NCBI GenBank assembly: GCA_046347205.1
Contig: JAXMGN010000001.1
Location: forward strand, 181,226 to 245,225
Origin: Pseudomonadales bacterium
Lineage (GTDB): Bacteria > Pseudomonadota > Gammaproteobacteria > Pseudomonadales > UBA7239
Reading direction: 5' to 3'
DNA: 64,000 bases
Shown here: positions 10,099 through 19,733 of the stretch, in pieces
Layout: every line of letters starts with the position of its first letter
How positions within the stretch are numbered: position 1 is the stretch's first letter
Notes under the pieces: model-generated
What the model was told of the DNA's origin: nothing
Database searches by the model: none
The model's input: only the letters and a program-made list of their open reading frames with translations
Made by a program: the position numbers and the translations under genes

Positions 10099-11286
10099 TT
10101 AAACCAGCGGCAACTCCACCACAGGGCTCAAATCTTCATCGTAGTTGACGCTGGCAAACCCGAAGCCAAACAATTTGAGAAACTCGTCTTTGTAGCCTTG
10201 GAAATCCGTCAGTTGATACAGATTCTCGGTGGTCACCACCGGCCACAATGCTGCAACGGCATCCTGTACTTCCGGGCGCAACTCTTTGTCGTCCACGCGC
10301 AAACGTCCCTCAGCATCTAACTGGCGCGTAGCGTTGAACAATTCATCATGAAACAAACGATAAATCTGTTCGATACAACCCTCATGGCCGCCTTTCTCTT
10401 TCATCACTTTGTACAACAGAGATAAATACAGCGGCATGATGGGAATCGCCGCGCTCGCCTGCGTCACCAGTGCTTTTAAGACCGATACATACGATTTGCC
10501 GTGGATAGCCGACAGCTTTTCATCGACCACCACTCGCGTGCGATCTAAATCTTTTTTCGCTGCGCCAATCGTGCCATTCCAATAAATATCCCACGTCAGC
10601 TTTTCACCTAAGTATGTGTAAGCCGTGGTCTGCGCGCCTTCCGCTAACACATCGGCGGCAAGTAGTGCTTCTATCCACATCTGCCAATCTTCGCCGCCCA
10701 TCACCGCTACGGTGTTGGCAATTTCTTCTTCGCTGGCCGCTGGCAGTGTTACTTCTTCCACAATTTGTTTGTCGGTATTAACACCGCGCTGCGTCACTGC
10801 CTGACCAATCGGCTTCAACACCGAGCCGTGTACCACACCTGTTTTCGGGTGCTGACGGCGCGGTGATGCCAAGCTGTAAATCACCAAATCCACCTTGCCC
10901 ATATCGGCTTTGATGGTATCAATCGTTTTTTGTTTGATTTCATCGGAAAACGCATCGCCATTGATGTGCTTCGCGTATAAACCCGCTTGCGTGGCCGCTT
11001 GATGAAAAGCGGCGGAGTTATACCAACCCGCTGTGCCTGTACGTTTTTCGTCCGGCTCTTTTTCAAAAAAGATACCCAAAGTTTTTGCGCCGCAAGCAAA
11101 CGCCGCTGTAATGCGCGAGGCCAAACCGTAGCCAGTTGACGCGCCGATCACCAAAACATTTTTAGGCCCACCAGTCATCGCTCCCTGCTGACGCACATAG
11201 TCAATTTGCTGCTGCACGTTGGCAGCGCAACCTTTCGGATGTGCATTGGTGCAGATGAAGCCGCGAACTTTGGGGTGAATAATCAT
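10099..11286 (-). CDS. fabV: Enoyl-ACP/trans-2-enoyl-CoA reductase FabV
   Basis: [54 protein letters not shown]. Confidence 0.95.
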   Translation of the reverse strand: MIIHPKVRGFICTNAHPKGCAANVQQQIDYVRQQGAMTGGPKNVLVIGASTGYGLASRITAAFACGAKTLGIFFEKEPDEKRTGTAGWYNSAAFHQAATQAGLYAKHINGDAFSDEIKQKTIDTIKADMGKVDLVIYSLASPRRQHPKTGVVHGSVLKPIGQAVTQRGVNTDKQIVEEVTLPAASEEEIANTVAVMGGEDWQMWIEALLAADVLAEGAQTTAYTYLGEKLTWDIYWNGTIGAAKKDLDRTRVVVDEKLSAIHGKSYVSVLKALVTQASAAIPIMPLYLSLLYKVMKEKGGHEGCIEQIYRLFHDELFNATRQLDAEGRLRVDDKELRPEVQDAVAALWPVVTTENLYQLTDFQGYKDEFLKLFGFGFASVNYDEDLSPVVELPLV

Positions 11287-11394
11287 GCGAGCAATCCTGT
11301 CGATCCTGTGCGAAGGGCGGCATTATACCGGCAAAAAATACACACCTACTGCTAGAATGGTCGCCTTGTTTGCGTGCTTGTACCGGAGTTCACC

Positions 11395-12912
11395 ATGACC
11401 ACCATTCGCCAAGAAGATTTAATTGCCAGCGTGGCTGATGCCTTGCAGTTCATCTCCTATTTCCACCCCCTCGATTTCGTACACGCTATGCACAAGGCTT
11501 ACGAGCGCGAGCAAAATCCGGCCGCCAAAGACGCTATCGCGCAAATTCTGATCAACTCGCGCATGTGTGCGATGGGGCATCGCCCCATTTGCCAAGACAC
11601 CGGCATCGTCACCGTCTTCGTCAAAGTGGGCATGGGCATCCATTGGGATGACGCCAGCATGAGCGTTGATGACATGATTAACGAAGGCGTGCGCCGCGCG
11701 TATTTACAACCGGACAATGTGCTGCGCGCCTCCATCCTCGCCGACCCCGCCGGCAAACGCCAAAATACCAAAGACAACACACCCGCCGTGATTCACTACC
11801 AATTCGTGCCGGGCAATACCATTGAAGTGGACATTGCCGCCAAAGGTGGCGGCTCGGAAAACAAAGCCAAAATGGCCATGCTCAACCCTTCGGATTCCAT
11901 CGTGGATTGGGTGCTGAAAACCGTGCCCACGATGGGCGCGGGTTGGTGCCCACCTGGAATGCTGGGCATCGGCATCGGCGGCACGGCAGAAAAAGCCGCT
12001 GTGCTGGCGAAAGAAGTATTGATGGAAGACATCGATATTTACGACTTGATGGCGCGTGGCCCACAAAATCGCATCGAAGAGCTGCGCTTGGAATTGTTTG
12101 AAAAAGTGAATCAACTCGGCATCGGCGCGCAAGGTTTGGGCGGTTTGACGACCGTACTCGATGTAAAAATCAAAGATTACCCCACGCACGCTGCTTCGCT
12201 GCCGGTATGCATGATCCCCAACTGCGCCGCCACGCGCCACGCGCACTTTGTGCTCGACGGCTCCGGTCCTGCGCTGCAAACACCGCCCTCTATCGACGAG
12301 TGGCCAGAAATTTCTTGGAATACCGATAGCTCGCGCCGCGTGAATTTGGACACACTCTCTAAAGCGGATATTGCTGCATGGAAATCTGGCGAGACATTGC
12401 TACTCTCCGGCAAGATGCTCACCGGTCGCGATGCCGCGCACAAAAAAATGGTGGAAATGATTACGCAAGGTGAGGCATTACCTGTCGATCTCAGCAACCG
12501 TTTTATTTACTACGTCGGCCCTGTAAACCCCGTGCGCGACGAAGTCGTCGGCCCTGCTGGCCCCACCACAGCAACACGCATGGATAAATTCACGCGCACC
12601 ATGCTAGAAAAAACCGGCTTGATCGGCATGATCGGCAAATCCGAGCGCGGACCTATCGCTATCGAAGCCATCAAAGACAACAAAGCTGTGTATTTAATGG
12701 CTGTTGGCGGCGCCGCTTATCTCGTTTCCAAAGCCATTACCGCTGCCAAAGTGTTGGCGTTTCCAGAACTGGGCATGGAGGCAATTTATGAATTTGAAGT
12801 CAAAGACATGCCCGTTACTGTGGCAGTAGATGTGGACGGCGTTTCCATTCACACCACCGGCCCACAAATATGGGAACAAAAAATCCGCACGGAACACTTG
12901 CAGGTAGTCTGA
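11395..12912 (+). CDS. fumA: Class I (Fe-S) fumarate hydratase
   Basis: RPICQDTG, KGGGSEN, GAGWCPPG, PNCAATRH, LTGRDAAH, GPTTATRM. Likely start ATG 11395. Confidence 0.93.
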   Translation: MTTIRQEDLIASVADALQFISYFHPLDFVHAMHKAYEREQNPAAKDAIAQILINSRMCAMGHRPICQDTGIVTVFVKVGMGIHWDDASMSVDDMINEGVRRAYLQPDNVLRASILADPAGKRQNTKDNTPAVIHYQFVPGNTIEVDIAAKGGGSENKAKMAMLNPSDSIVDWVLKTVPTMGAGWCPPGMLGIGIGGTAEKAAVLAKEVLMEDIDIYDLMARGPQNRIEELRLELFEKVNQLGIGAQGLGGLTTVLDVKIKDYPTHAASLPVCMIPNCAATRHAHFVLDGSGPALQTPPSIDEWPEISWNTDSSRRVNLDTLSKADIAAWKSGETLLLSGKMLTGRDAAHKKMVEMITQGEALPVDLSNRFIYYVGPVNPVRDEVVGPAGPTTATRMDKFTRTMLEKTGLIGMIGKSERGPIAIEAIKDNKAVYLMAVGGAAYLVSKAITAAKVLAFPELGMEAIYEFEVKDMPVTVAVDVDGVSIHTTGPQIWEQKIRTEHLQVV

Positions 12913-12918
12913 CGCTGC

Positions 12919-14412
12919 ATGCTGTTTAATTCGTATCCATTTATTTGGTTATTCCTGCCAGTCGCACTGGCAGGTTTTTTTATTGCTGCACGTTTTCGTC
13001 ATGAAGCCGCTGCTGCTTGGCTGGCGCTGTGTTCGCTATTTTTTTACGGCTATTGGGACGTGTATTACGTTCCACTGTTGTTGCTGTCGATCACGGTGAA
13101 CTATCAAGTTGGCAAACAAATCAGCAAGCACATTGAAAACCAAGCCCTGCGGCGCGCAAAAACTTGGCTGATTATCGGTTTGGTATTTGATCTGGGCTTG
13201 CTCGCTCACTACAAATACACCAATTTCTTTCTCGACAACTGGGTAGCGTTGACGGGTTCTCACATCAACTTCCCCGATATTATTTTGCCGTTAGGCATTT
13301 CCTTTTTTACATTTACCCAAATTGCGTATTTAGCAGATTGCCACAAAGGCATTGTGAAAGAGCGCAATCCCGCACACTATTTATTGTTTATCACTTATTT
13401 TCCACATTTGATTGCGGGACCTATCCTGCACCACAAACAGATGATGCCGCAATTTGCGCGTGCAGAAACCTACCGCATCAGCCAAGAAAATATTTCGGTT
13501 GGCCTCACCATTTTCGCCATTGGCATGTTCAAAAAAATGGCGATTGCCGATCCGCTAGCCAGCTTTGTGTCACCAGTATTTGCCGTCAGTAAACATCCGG
13601 GGCTGCTGTCCACCGAAGAAGCATGGCTGGGCGCGCTGGCCTACTGTTTACAACTGTATTTTGATTTTTCTGGCTATTCTGATATGGCGATTGGTTTGTC
13701 GCGTTTGTTTGGCATCAAACTGCCACTCAATTTTAATTCGCCCTACAAATCTACCAACATCATTGATTTCTGGCGCCGCTGGCACATGACGCTGTCGCAA
13801 TTTTTGCGCGACTATCTTTACATCACTCTCGGCGGCAATCGCAAAGGCAAAACGCGCCGTCACATCAATTTAATGCTCACCATGCTGCTCGGCGGCCTCT
13901 GGCATGGCGCGGGCTGGACCTTCATTATTTGGGGCGGCTTGCACGGCATTTATCTCACCATCAACCATGTGTTTCGTGAATTTTTTCCACCGCCCAGCAA
14001 CAGCAAAACGGCAACGGCGCGCGCGCGAGCTGCGCTAGGTTGGCTGCTCACCACGCTCGGCGTGGTGTTTGCTTTTGTGATTTTTCGCGCAACGTCCGCA
14101 CACGATGCACTCGTGGTGCTGCAAGCCATGACCGGCACACTATCCGCTGTTGATGGCGAAACGGTAATTCCTATATTGGAGCATGCGGATGATGGCTGGA
14201 ATTATGTCTGGCTGGCCGGCCTCATTGCTTTATTTGCACCCAACACACAGGAAATTATGGCGCGTTTTCAACCCGCTTCAGATGCAGTAACCGGACAAAC
14301 GCGCTGGCAATGGCGACCACACCCTCTGCTGGCATTGCTCACGGCCGTGGTGCTGAGTTATAGCATCGTCAATATCGGTCAAGTCAGCGAATTTCTCTAT
14401 TTTCAATTTTGA
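12919..14412 (+). CDS. MBOAT O-acyltransferase (AlgI/PatA/DltB family), copy 1
   Basis: MLFNSY, LPLGISFFTF, LYFDFSGYSDMAIG, DFWRRWH, GLWHGAGW (catalytic His) and C-terminal EFLYFQF. Confidence 0.92.
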   Translation: MLFNSYPFIWLFLPVALAGFFIAARFRHEAAAAWLALCSLFFYGYWDVYYVPLLLLSITVNYQVGKQISKHIENQALRRAKTWLIIGLVFDLGLLAHYKYTNFFLDNWVALTGSHINFPDIILPLGISFFTFTQIAYLADCHKGIVKERNPAHYLLFITYFPHLIAGPILHHKQMMPQFARAETYRISQENISVGLTIFAIGMFKKMAIADPLASFVSPVFAVSKHPGLLSTEEAWLGALAYCLQLYFDFSGYSDMAIGLSRLFGIKLPLNFNSPYKSTNIIDFWRRWHMTLSQFLRDYLYITLGGNRKGKTRRHINLMLTMLLGGLWHGAGWTFIIWGGLHGIYLTINHVFREFFPPPSNSKTATARARAALGWLLTTLGVVFAFVIFRATSAHDALVVLQAMTGTLSAVDGETVIPILEHADDGWNYVWLAGLIALFAPNTQEIMARFQPASDAVTGQTRWQWRPHPLLALLTAVVLSYSIVNIGQVSEFLYFQF

Positions 14413-15473
14413 TGATGAAAACTTACAACAGCATCGTAATCATCGCCGTCTGCTTAATGGTAGGTTTTTGTGCTGGGCTGATTATTTGGGCACAGCCACT
14501 GAGCGGCGACTTAACGCGCGTGGGTGCTTACCCTGAGCGCTGGTACGGCTGGAGCGCGCCGCAGCAAAAAATTCCCGGCCAATCCAACACTGCGCACGCA
14601 CCCAACAAAAAACATTTGCTGGTACTCGGTGATTCTTTTTCTGAAATTGGTCATTGGCAAGCATATCTGGGCGACCGCTACAGCTTTACACTCGTGCATA
14701 CCCGCAACACCAGTTTTCATAAAATCATCGAAAAAATTCGCCAGGAAAAGCCAGATGGTGTGGTGATAGAAAGTGTGGAGCGCTTCACCTATGCCATGTT
14801 TGGCAATGAATCAGAATTCATGGGCAACACACCCAAACGCTGCGAGCCACTGGCTGCCACAACATCTGTACAAGAATCTACCGCCGCACCGCTCGGCAGT
14901 ATTCTCACCTACCCTGAATACACACGAAAAACGTTTCCCGCTACCGCCAAGGAAATCTCACAAGGTTTTTATCTCGTAAAACAGCGCGCATTTTTCACCA
15001 TCAAACCGAAAAAACGGCAAGCAAAAATTCTCGAACTCTCAACATCGTCTTTGCAAAGCAGTCAGCGCAGCCAGCAACTCTTAGTGATTAAAAGCGATTT
15101 ACTGCTGTTACCTGCATTTGATGATGCCGCTATCACTACCATGCAATGCGCCATGCGCACCTTGGCGCATGCACTGACTGATTTGCAATTGCCTTATGTT
15201 TTTCTGATCGTGCCGGACAAGACGACAGCCTATCAACCCTATCTCACGCAAGCCGACCTGCGCAGCAAACCGCCCGTTATTAGCCGTTTACTGCCCACTC
15301 TCGGTATTCCGCACACAATCGACCTACTGCCCGCTATACGCAACGCGCTGTCACAAAATGCTGTGGATTTTTATCTGCCCAATGACACGCATTGGGGCTA
15401 CCGAGGTTTTCAATTGGCAGCGCAACAAATTGATGCTGCACTACAACCACAATGGCGCGCGGAGCAGCCGTAA
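14412..15473 (+). CDS. AlgJ/AlgX-type SGNH acyltransferase partner, copy 1
   Basis: N-terminal TM anchor, GDSFS block I and PNDTHW block V. Starts at the TGATG overlap with MBOAT 1. Confidence 0.8.
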   Translation: MMKTYNSIVIIAVCLMVGFCAGLIIWAQPLSGDLTRVGAYPERWYGWSAPQQKIPGQSNTAHAPNKKHLLVLGDSFSEIGHWQAYLGDRYSFTLVHTRNTSFHKIIEKIRQEKPDGVVIESVERFTYAMFGNESEFMGNTPKRCEPLAATTSVQESTAAPLGSILTYPEYTRKTFPATAKEISQGFYLVKQRAFFTIKPKKRQAKILELSTSSLQSSQRSQQLLVIKSDLLLLPAFDDAAITTMQCAMRTLAHALTDLQLPYVFLIVPDKTTAYQPYLTQADLRSKPPVISRLLPTLGIPHTIDLLPAIRNALSQNAVDFYLPNDTHWGYRGFQLAAQQIDAALQPQWRAEQP

Positions 15474-16966
15474 TGCTTTTTAACTCCTACCCGTTTATTT
15501 GGCTTTTTTTACCTGCCGCACTGGCAGGTTTTTTTATTGCTGCACGTTTTCGTCATGAAGCCGCTGCTGCTTGGCTGGCGCTGTGTTCGCTGTTTTTTTA
15601 CGGCTATTGGGACGTGTATTACGTTCCACTGTTGTTGCTGTCGATCACGGTGAACTATCAAATTGGCAAACAAATCAGCAAGCACATTGAAAACCAAGCC
15701 CTGCGGCGCGCAAAAACTTGGCTGATTATCGGTTTGGTATTTGATCTAGGCTTGCTCGCTCACTACAAATACACCAATTTCTTTCTCGACAACTGGGTAG
15801 CGTTGACCGGTTCTCACATCAACTTCCCCGATATTATTTTGCCGTTAGGCATTTCCTTTTTTACATTTACCCAAATTGCGTATTTGGCAGATTGCCACAA
15901 AGGCATTGTGAAAGAGCGCAATCCCGCACACTATTTATTGTTTATTACTTATTTTCCACATTTGATTGCGGGACCTATCCTGCACCACAAACAGATGATG
16001 CCACAATTTGCACGAGCAGAAACCTACCGCATCAGCCAAGAAAATATTGCTGTCGGTCTCACCATTTTCGCCATTGGCATGTTCAAAAAAGTCATCATCG
16101 CAGACGCTTTTCCTGAATACGCCAGCCCCGTGTTTATGGTGAGCAAACACACGGGGGCATTGTCTTGGCAAGATGCTTGGCTGGGCTGCCTGTCTTACAC
16201 CTTGCAACTGTATTTCGATTTTTCTGGTTATTCCGACATGGCAATCGGCCTGTCGCGTTTATTTGGTATCAAACTGCCACTCAATTTTAATTCGCCCTAT
16301 AAATCCACCAGCATGATTGATTTCTGGAATCGCTGGCACATCACGCTGTCACAATTTTTGCGGCAGTATTTGTACTTTGCACTCGGCGGCAATCGCAAAG
16401 GCAAAACGCGGCGCTACGTTAATATGCTGCTCACCATGTTGCTCGGTGGCCTGTGGCATGGCGCAGGTTGGACGTTTGTGATTTGGGGCGGCTTACACGG
16501 CATTTTTCTCGTCGCCAATCATTTATTCCGCGAAATTTTTCCGTTGGCGCGCACAGAGGGGAAACGCTGGCCTACCCTCATTCGCACCGCACTTGGCTGG
16601 TTTTTCACCATGCTAGCCGTCACCGTCACAATGGTTATTTTTCGCGCCACCTCTATCCACGATGCGCTGGTAATTTTGAAAGCGATGGTGGGCATTGCAT
16701 CCAGCAATCACCCACCGCTGTCCGATATTGTTGGGCATGCCGATGACGGCTGGAACTTGGTGCTGTGGGTTTCTCTGTTTGCTTTATTTGCACCGAACAC
16801 GCAAGAAATCATGAACAAGTTTCAACCCACTTCCGACACCGTGGACAGCCAGACGCGTTGGCAGTGGCGTCCACATCCTGCACTGGCTGTTATTGGCGGG
16901 CTCGCGTTAGCGCTGAGTATTGTCAACATCGGTCAATTGAGCGAATTTCTCTACTTTCAGTTTTGA
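15473..16966 (+). CDS. MBOAT O-acyltransferase, copy 2
   Basis: Same motifs as copy 1, including GLWHGAGW and EFLYFQF. ATG overlaps the stop of the previous gene (TAATG). Confidence 0.92.
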   Translation: MLFNSYPFIWLFLPAALAGFFIAARFRHEAAAAWLALCSLFFYGYWDVYYVPLLLLSITVNYQIGKQISKHIENQALRRAKTWLIIGLVFDLGLLAHYKYTNFFLDNWVALTGSHINFPDIILPLGISFFTFTQIAYLADCHKGIVKERNPAHYLLFITYFPHLIAGPILHHKQMMPQFARAETYRISQENIAVGLTIFAIGMFKKVIIADAFPEYASPVFMVSKHTGALSWQDAWLGCLSYTLQLYFDFSGYSDMAIGLSRLFGIKLPLNFNSPYKSTSMIDFWNRWHITLSQFLRQYLYFALGGNRKGKTRRYVNMLLTMLLGGLWHGAGWTFVIWGGLHGIFLVANHLFREIFPLARTEGKRWPTLIRTALGWFFTMLAVTVTMVIFRATSIHDALVILKAMVGIASSNHPPLSDIVGHADDGWNLVLWVSLFALFAPNTQEIMNKFQPTSDTVDSQTRWQWRPHPALAVIGGLALALSIVNIGQLSEFLYFQF

Positions 16967-18051
16967 TGATGAAAACCTACAACGCCATTTTTCTCGCACT
17001 GGTTTTTCTGATTGTCAGCATCAGTGCTGCCATCATGCTGTGGTCGCAACCCACCAGCGGCGATCTCACTCGGATCAGCGCGTACCCAGAACGCTGGTTT
17101 GGTTGGAACGATCCGCAGCAAGATATTCCACCCGTCATCAATACCCCGCGCCAAACGGGGAAATTTCATATTTTGGTTATTGGTGATTCTTTTTCTGAAG
17201 CGGGACACTGGCAATCGCTGTTGAGCAATCACTACAGCTTCTCTTTTATTCACAGCGGCAAAACCACGCTGGCGGATATTTTGGCACTGCAAGGCGACAA
17301 GAAACCGGATGCGGTGGTGATTGAAACCGGTGAGCGCGCCCTGCCGGATATGTACGGCACAGCTAGCACATTTTTACAGCCTGTTACGCATTGCCAACTG
17401 CCCGCTGCAACACAAGAAAACACACCCGCGCTTGCAGAGATTCAAGCACGCATGGCTCAACTGCCCACCTTCCCGCTGACACAACGAAAACGCTGGCCTA
17501 GCAACGGCAACAATATTTCCGAAGGATTTCATATTTTCAAAATCTACAGCAGCGCCCTCATTAAACCTAAAAAACGCAAAGCCAAAGTTTTAGCACTGAC
17601 TTCCGATCAATTATTCAGCAGCGGCAAGCCGGATCACATCTTGCTATTGAGCAAAGATTTTCTGCTGTATGACAGCATTGACGACAACAATCTCAACACC
17701 GTGCACTGCACCATGCAGGCGGTGGATCGCGCGCTGACGCAGGCGCAATTGCCACACGTTATTTTGACGCTGCCCGATAAAACTACCGCTTATCAGCCGT
17801 ATTTAGCGGACACTAAAATCAAACAACGTCCCGCGTTAATCAACAGACTGCGCATGGATGCACTGACTGGTCACGATATCAATATGTTGCAACCGATTCG
17901 CTCCCTGATTGCAGCAGGCAACAAAGATGTTTATCTGCCTAATGACACGCACTGGGGCTACAAAGGTTTTCAACTCGCTGCCGTGTTGATCAATGAAAAA
18001 TTATCTGCGCAACTGCCAACAAAAAACACAACACAGGTCACGCAACCATGA
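16966..18051 (+). CDS. AlgJ/AlgX-type SGNH protein, copy 2
   Basis: MMKTYN start at the TGATG overlap (the track's 16765 start is upstream read-through); GDSFS and PNDTHW. Confidence 0.8.
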   Translation: MMKTYNAIFLALVFLIVSISAAIMLWSQPTSGDLTRISAYPERWFGWNDPQQDIPPVINTPRQTGKFHILVIGDSFSEAGHWQSLLSNHYSFSFIHSGKTTLADILALQGDKKPDAVVIETGERALPDMYGTASTFLQPVTHCQLPAATQENTPALAEIQARMAQLPTFPLTQRKRWPSNGNNISEGFHIFKIYSSALIKPKKRKAKVLALTSDQLFSSGKPDHILLLSKDFLLYDSIDDNNLNTVHCTMQAVDRALTQAQLPHVILTLPDKTTAYQPYLADTKIKQRPALINRLRMDALTGHDINMLQPIRSLIAAGNKDVYLPNDTHWGYKGFQLAAVLINEKLSAQLPTKNTTQVTQP

Positions 18052-18260
18052 TTCCATGCGGTGTATATCGCCATTACAAAGGCAAAGATTATCTCGTGAC
18101 AGGTGTGGCGCATCACTCAGAAACACGCGAAGCCGTAGTGGTCTATCGCTGCCTGTATGACGATTACAGCTTGTGGGTGAGGCCGCTATCTATGTTTTGC
18201 GAAACCGTCACTATCGACGGCAAAACACAACCGCGTTTTGCTTTCTTACACGAGGCTTGA
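18048..18260 (+). CDS. DUF1653-family protein
   Basis: GVYRHYKGKDY...VVYRCLYDDYSLWVRPLSMF. Confidence 0.85.
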   Translation: MIPCGVYRHYKGKDYLVTGVAHHSETREAVVVYRCLYDDYSLWVRPLSMFCETVTIDGKTQPRFAFLHEA

Positions 18261-19466
18261 GTGAGCAGCGCCGAACATATTTTCAGCGTTACCGAGCTGA
18301 ATCGCCGCGCGCGCCAGTTGCTTGAAACGCATCTGGCTACGGTGTGGGTCAGCGGTGAAATTTCAAACTTATCCACGCCTTCATCCGGTCACTGGTATTT
18401 CACACTCAAAGATGACAAAGCACAAATTCGCTGTGCAATGTTTCGCGGGCAAAATGCTCTGCTGCGTTTCAAACCGGAACACGGCATGCAAGTGCTGGCG
18501 CGCGGTCGCGTGGGTTTGTATGAAGGTCGCGGCGACTACCAACTTGTGGTGGAAAATCTGCAAGCCGATGGCGCCGGCAATCTGCAATTAGCGTTTGAAC
18601 AGCTAAAAAATAAATTAGCTGCTGAAGGTTTATTCGACGAGGATTTCAAGCAGCCTCTGCCGGACATGCCGCGCCATGTTGGCATCATCACTTCACCTAC
18701 CGGTGCGGCCATTCGCGATATTGTTTCCGTGTTTAAGCGGCGTTTTCCAGCCGCCCAACTGAGTATTTTTCCTGTACCCGTGCAAGGCGCAGAAGCGGCA
18801 CCTGCGATTGTTAAAGCCTTGCAACTGGCCAACACACAGCGTGACATTGACGTGTTGATACTCGCCAGAGGTGGCGGATCGCTGGAAGATTTGTGGGCAT
18901 TTAATGAAGAGAGCGTGGCGCGTGCGGTGTTTGCCAGTGAAATCCCTACCGTGAGCGCTGTGGGACACGAAACCGATTTCACAATTTGTGATTTTGTTGC
19001 CGATGTGCGTGCACCTACGCCTTCAGCAGCGGCCGAAATGCTATCGCCAGAAATTGACGATCTGCTGGCACTGTTAGCACACTACGCTGACCTTTTTCAC
19101 AAACAATTTCAGCAAAAAATTACACGTCATCGCCAACAACTTTTGTATTTAGCCAAGCGCTTACGCCATCCAGGGCACGTTCTGCGCGAACAACAACAAA
19201 AACTGGATCATTTGGAATGGCGCTTACTGCAAGCACCCGTATTGCACTTACAAAAACCACAACAAAAACTGGCGCGACTGGCTGCATCACTCAATAATTT
19301 GAGCCCACTCAACACCTTGCAGCGCGGCTACGCTATCGTCACCAGCGACACCAGCGACACCAGCACCGTGCTGACACAAACCGATCAAGTACAACTCGGC
19401 ATGATGGTGAATGTGCAGTTGTTTCAGGGCAGGTTACGCAGCCGAGTCGAAAGCATCGATCCTTAA
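18261..19466 (+). CDS. xseA: Exodeoxyribonuclease VII large subunit
   Basis: VWVSGEISN...SGHWYFTLKD, RGGGSLEDLWAFNEE, GHETDFTICDFVADVRAPTPSAAAE. Confidence 0.96.
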   Translation: MSSAEHIFSVTELNRRARQLLETHLATVWVSGEISNLSTPSSGHWYFTLKDDKAQIRCAMFRGQNALLRFKPEHGMQVLARGRVGLYEGRGDYQLVVENLQADGAGNLQLAFEQLKNKLAAEGLFDEDFKQPLPDMPRHVGIITSPTGAAIRDIVSVFKRRFPAAQLSIFPVPVQGAEAAPAIVKALQLANTQRDIDVLILARGGGSLEDLWAFNEESVARAVFASEIPTVSAVGHETDFTICDFVADVRAPTPSAAAEMLSPEIDDLLALLAHYADLFHKQFQQKITRHRQQLLYLAKRLRHPGHVLREQQQKLDHLEWRLLQAPVLHLQKPQQKLARLAASLNNLSPLNTLQRGYAIVTSDTSDTSTVLTQTDQVQLGMMVNVQLFQGRLRSRVESIDP

Positions 19467-19544
19467 ATCCTTGACCATCATCAATAAACACCTCCGCACG
19501 CAGGCGTAATGTAGAGCCTCCTTTCTCACTCTCAGGAGCATGCC

Positions 19545-19670
19545 ATGGCCGATACAAATGGATACTGGCAAGCCGACGATAAATCCACGGCCACACGCGT
19601 GGTGCTGTCGGTTGTTTTGATTGCCGTCATCATGACGGGGGTCGCTATCGGTATTGGTTTGGTGCTGTAA
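19545..19670 (+). CDS. 41-aa small membrane protein (below the ORF-track cutoff)
   Basis: AGGAG SD 6 nt before ATG. MADTNGYWQADDKSTATRVVLSVVLIAVIMTGVAIGIGLVL has a C-terminal hydrophobic helix. Confidence 0.6.
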   Translation: MADTNGYWQADDKSTATRVVLSVVLIAVIMTGVAIGIGLVL

Positions 19671-19733
19671 TTTTTGTAGACGACCAATTCACGTTAAAAT
19701 CTGCAGCACAATAACCAACAGGGCGTTTGTGCT

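Noticed and set aside
16765-16965. Upstream extension of SGNH copy 2
   Set aside because: It overlaps MBOAT 2; the paralogue supports the TGATG-coupled start at 16966.
19341-19367. 9-bp tandem repeat in xseA (TSDTSDTST); a similar one lies in the 37311 gene signal peptide
   Set aside because: In-frame, only 2-3 units, in variable linkers; no sign of a phase-variation switch.
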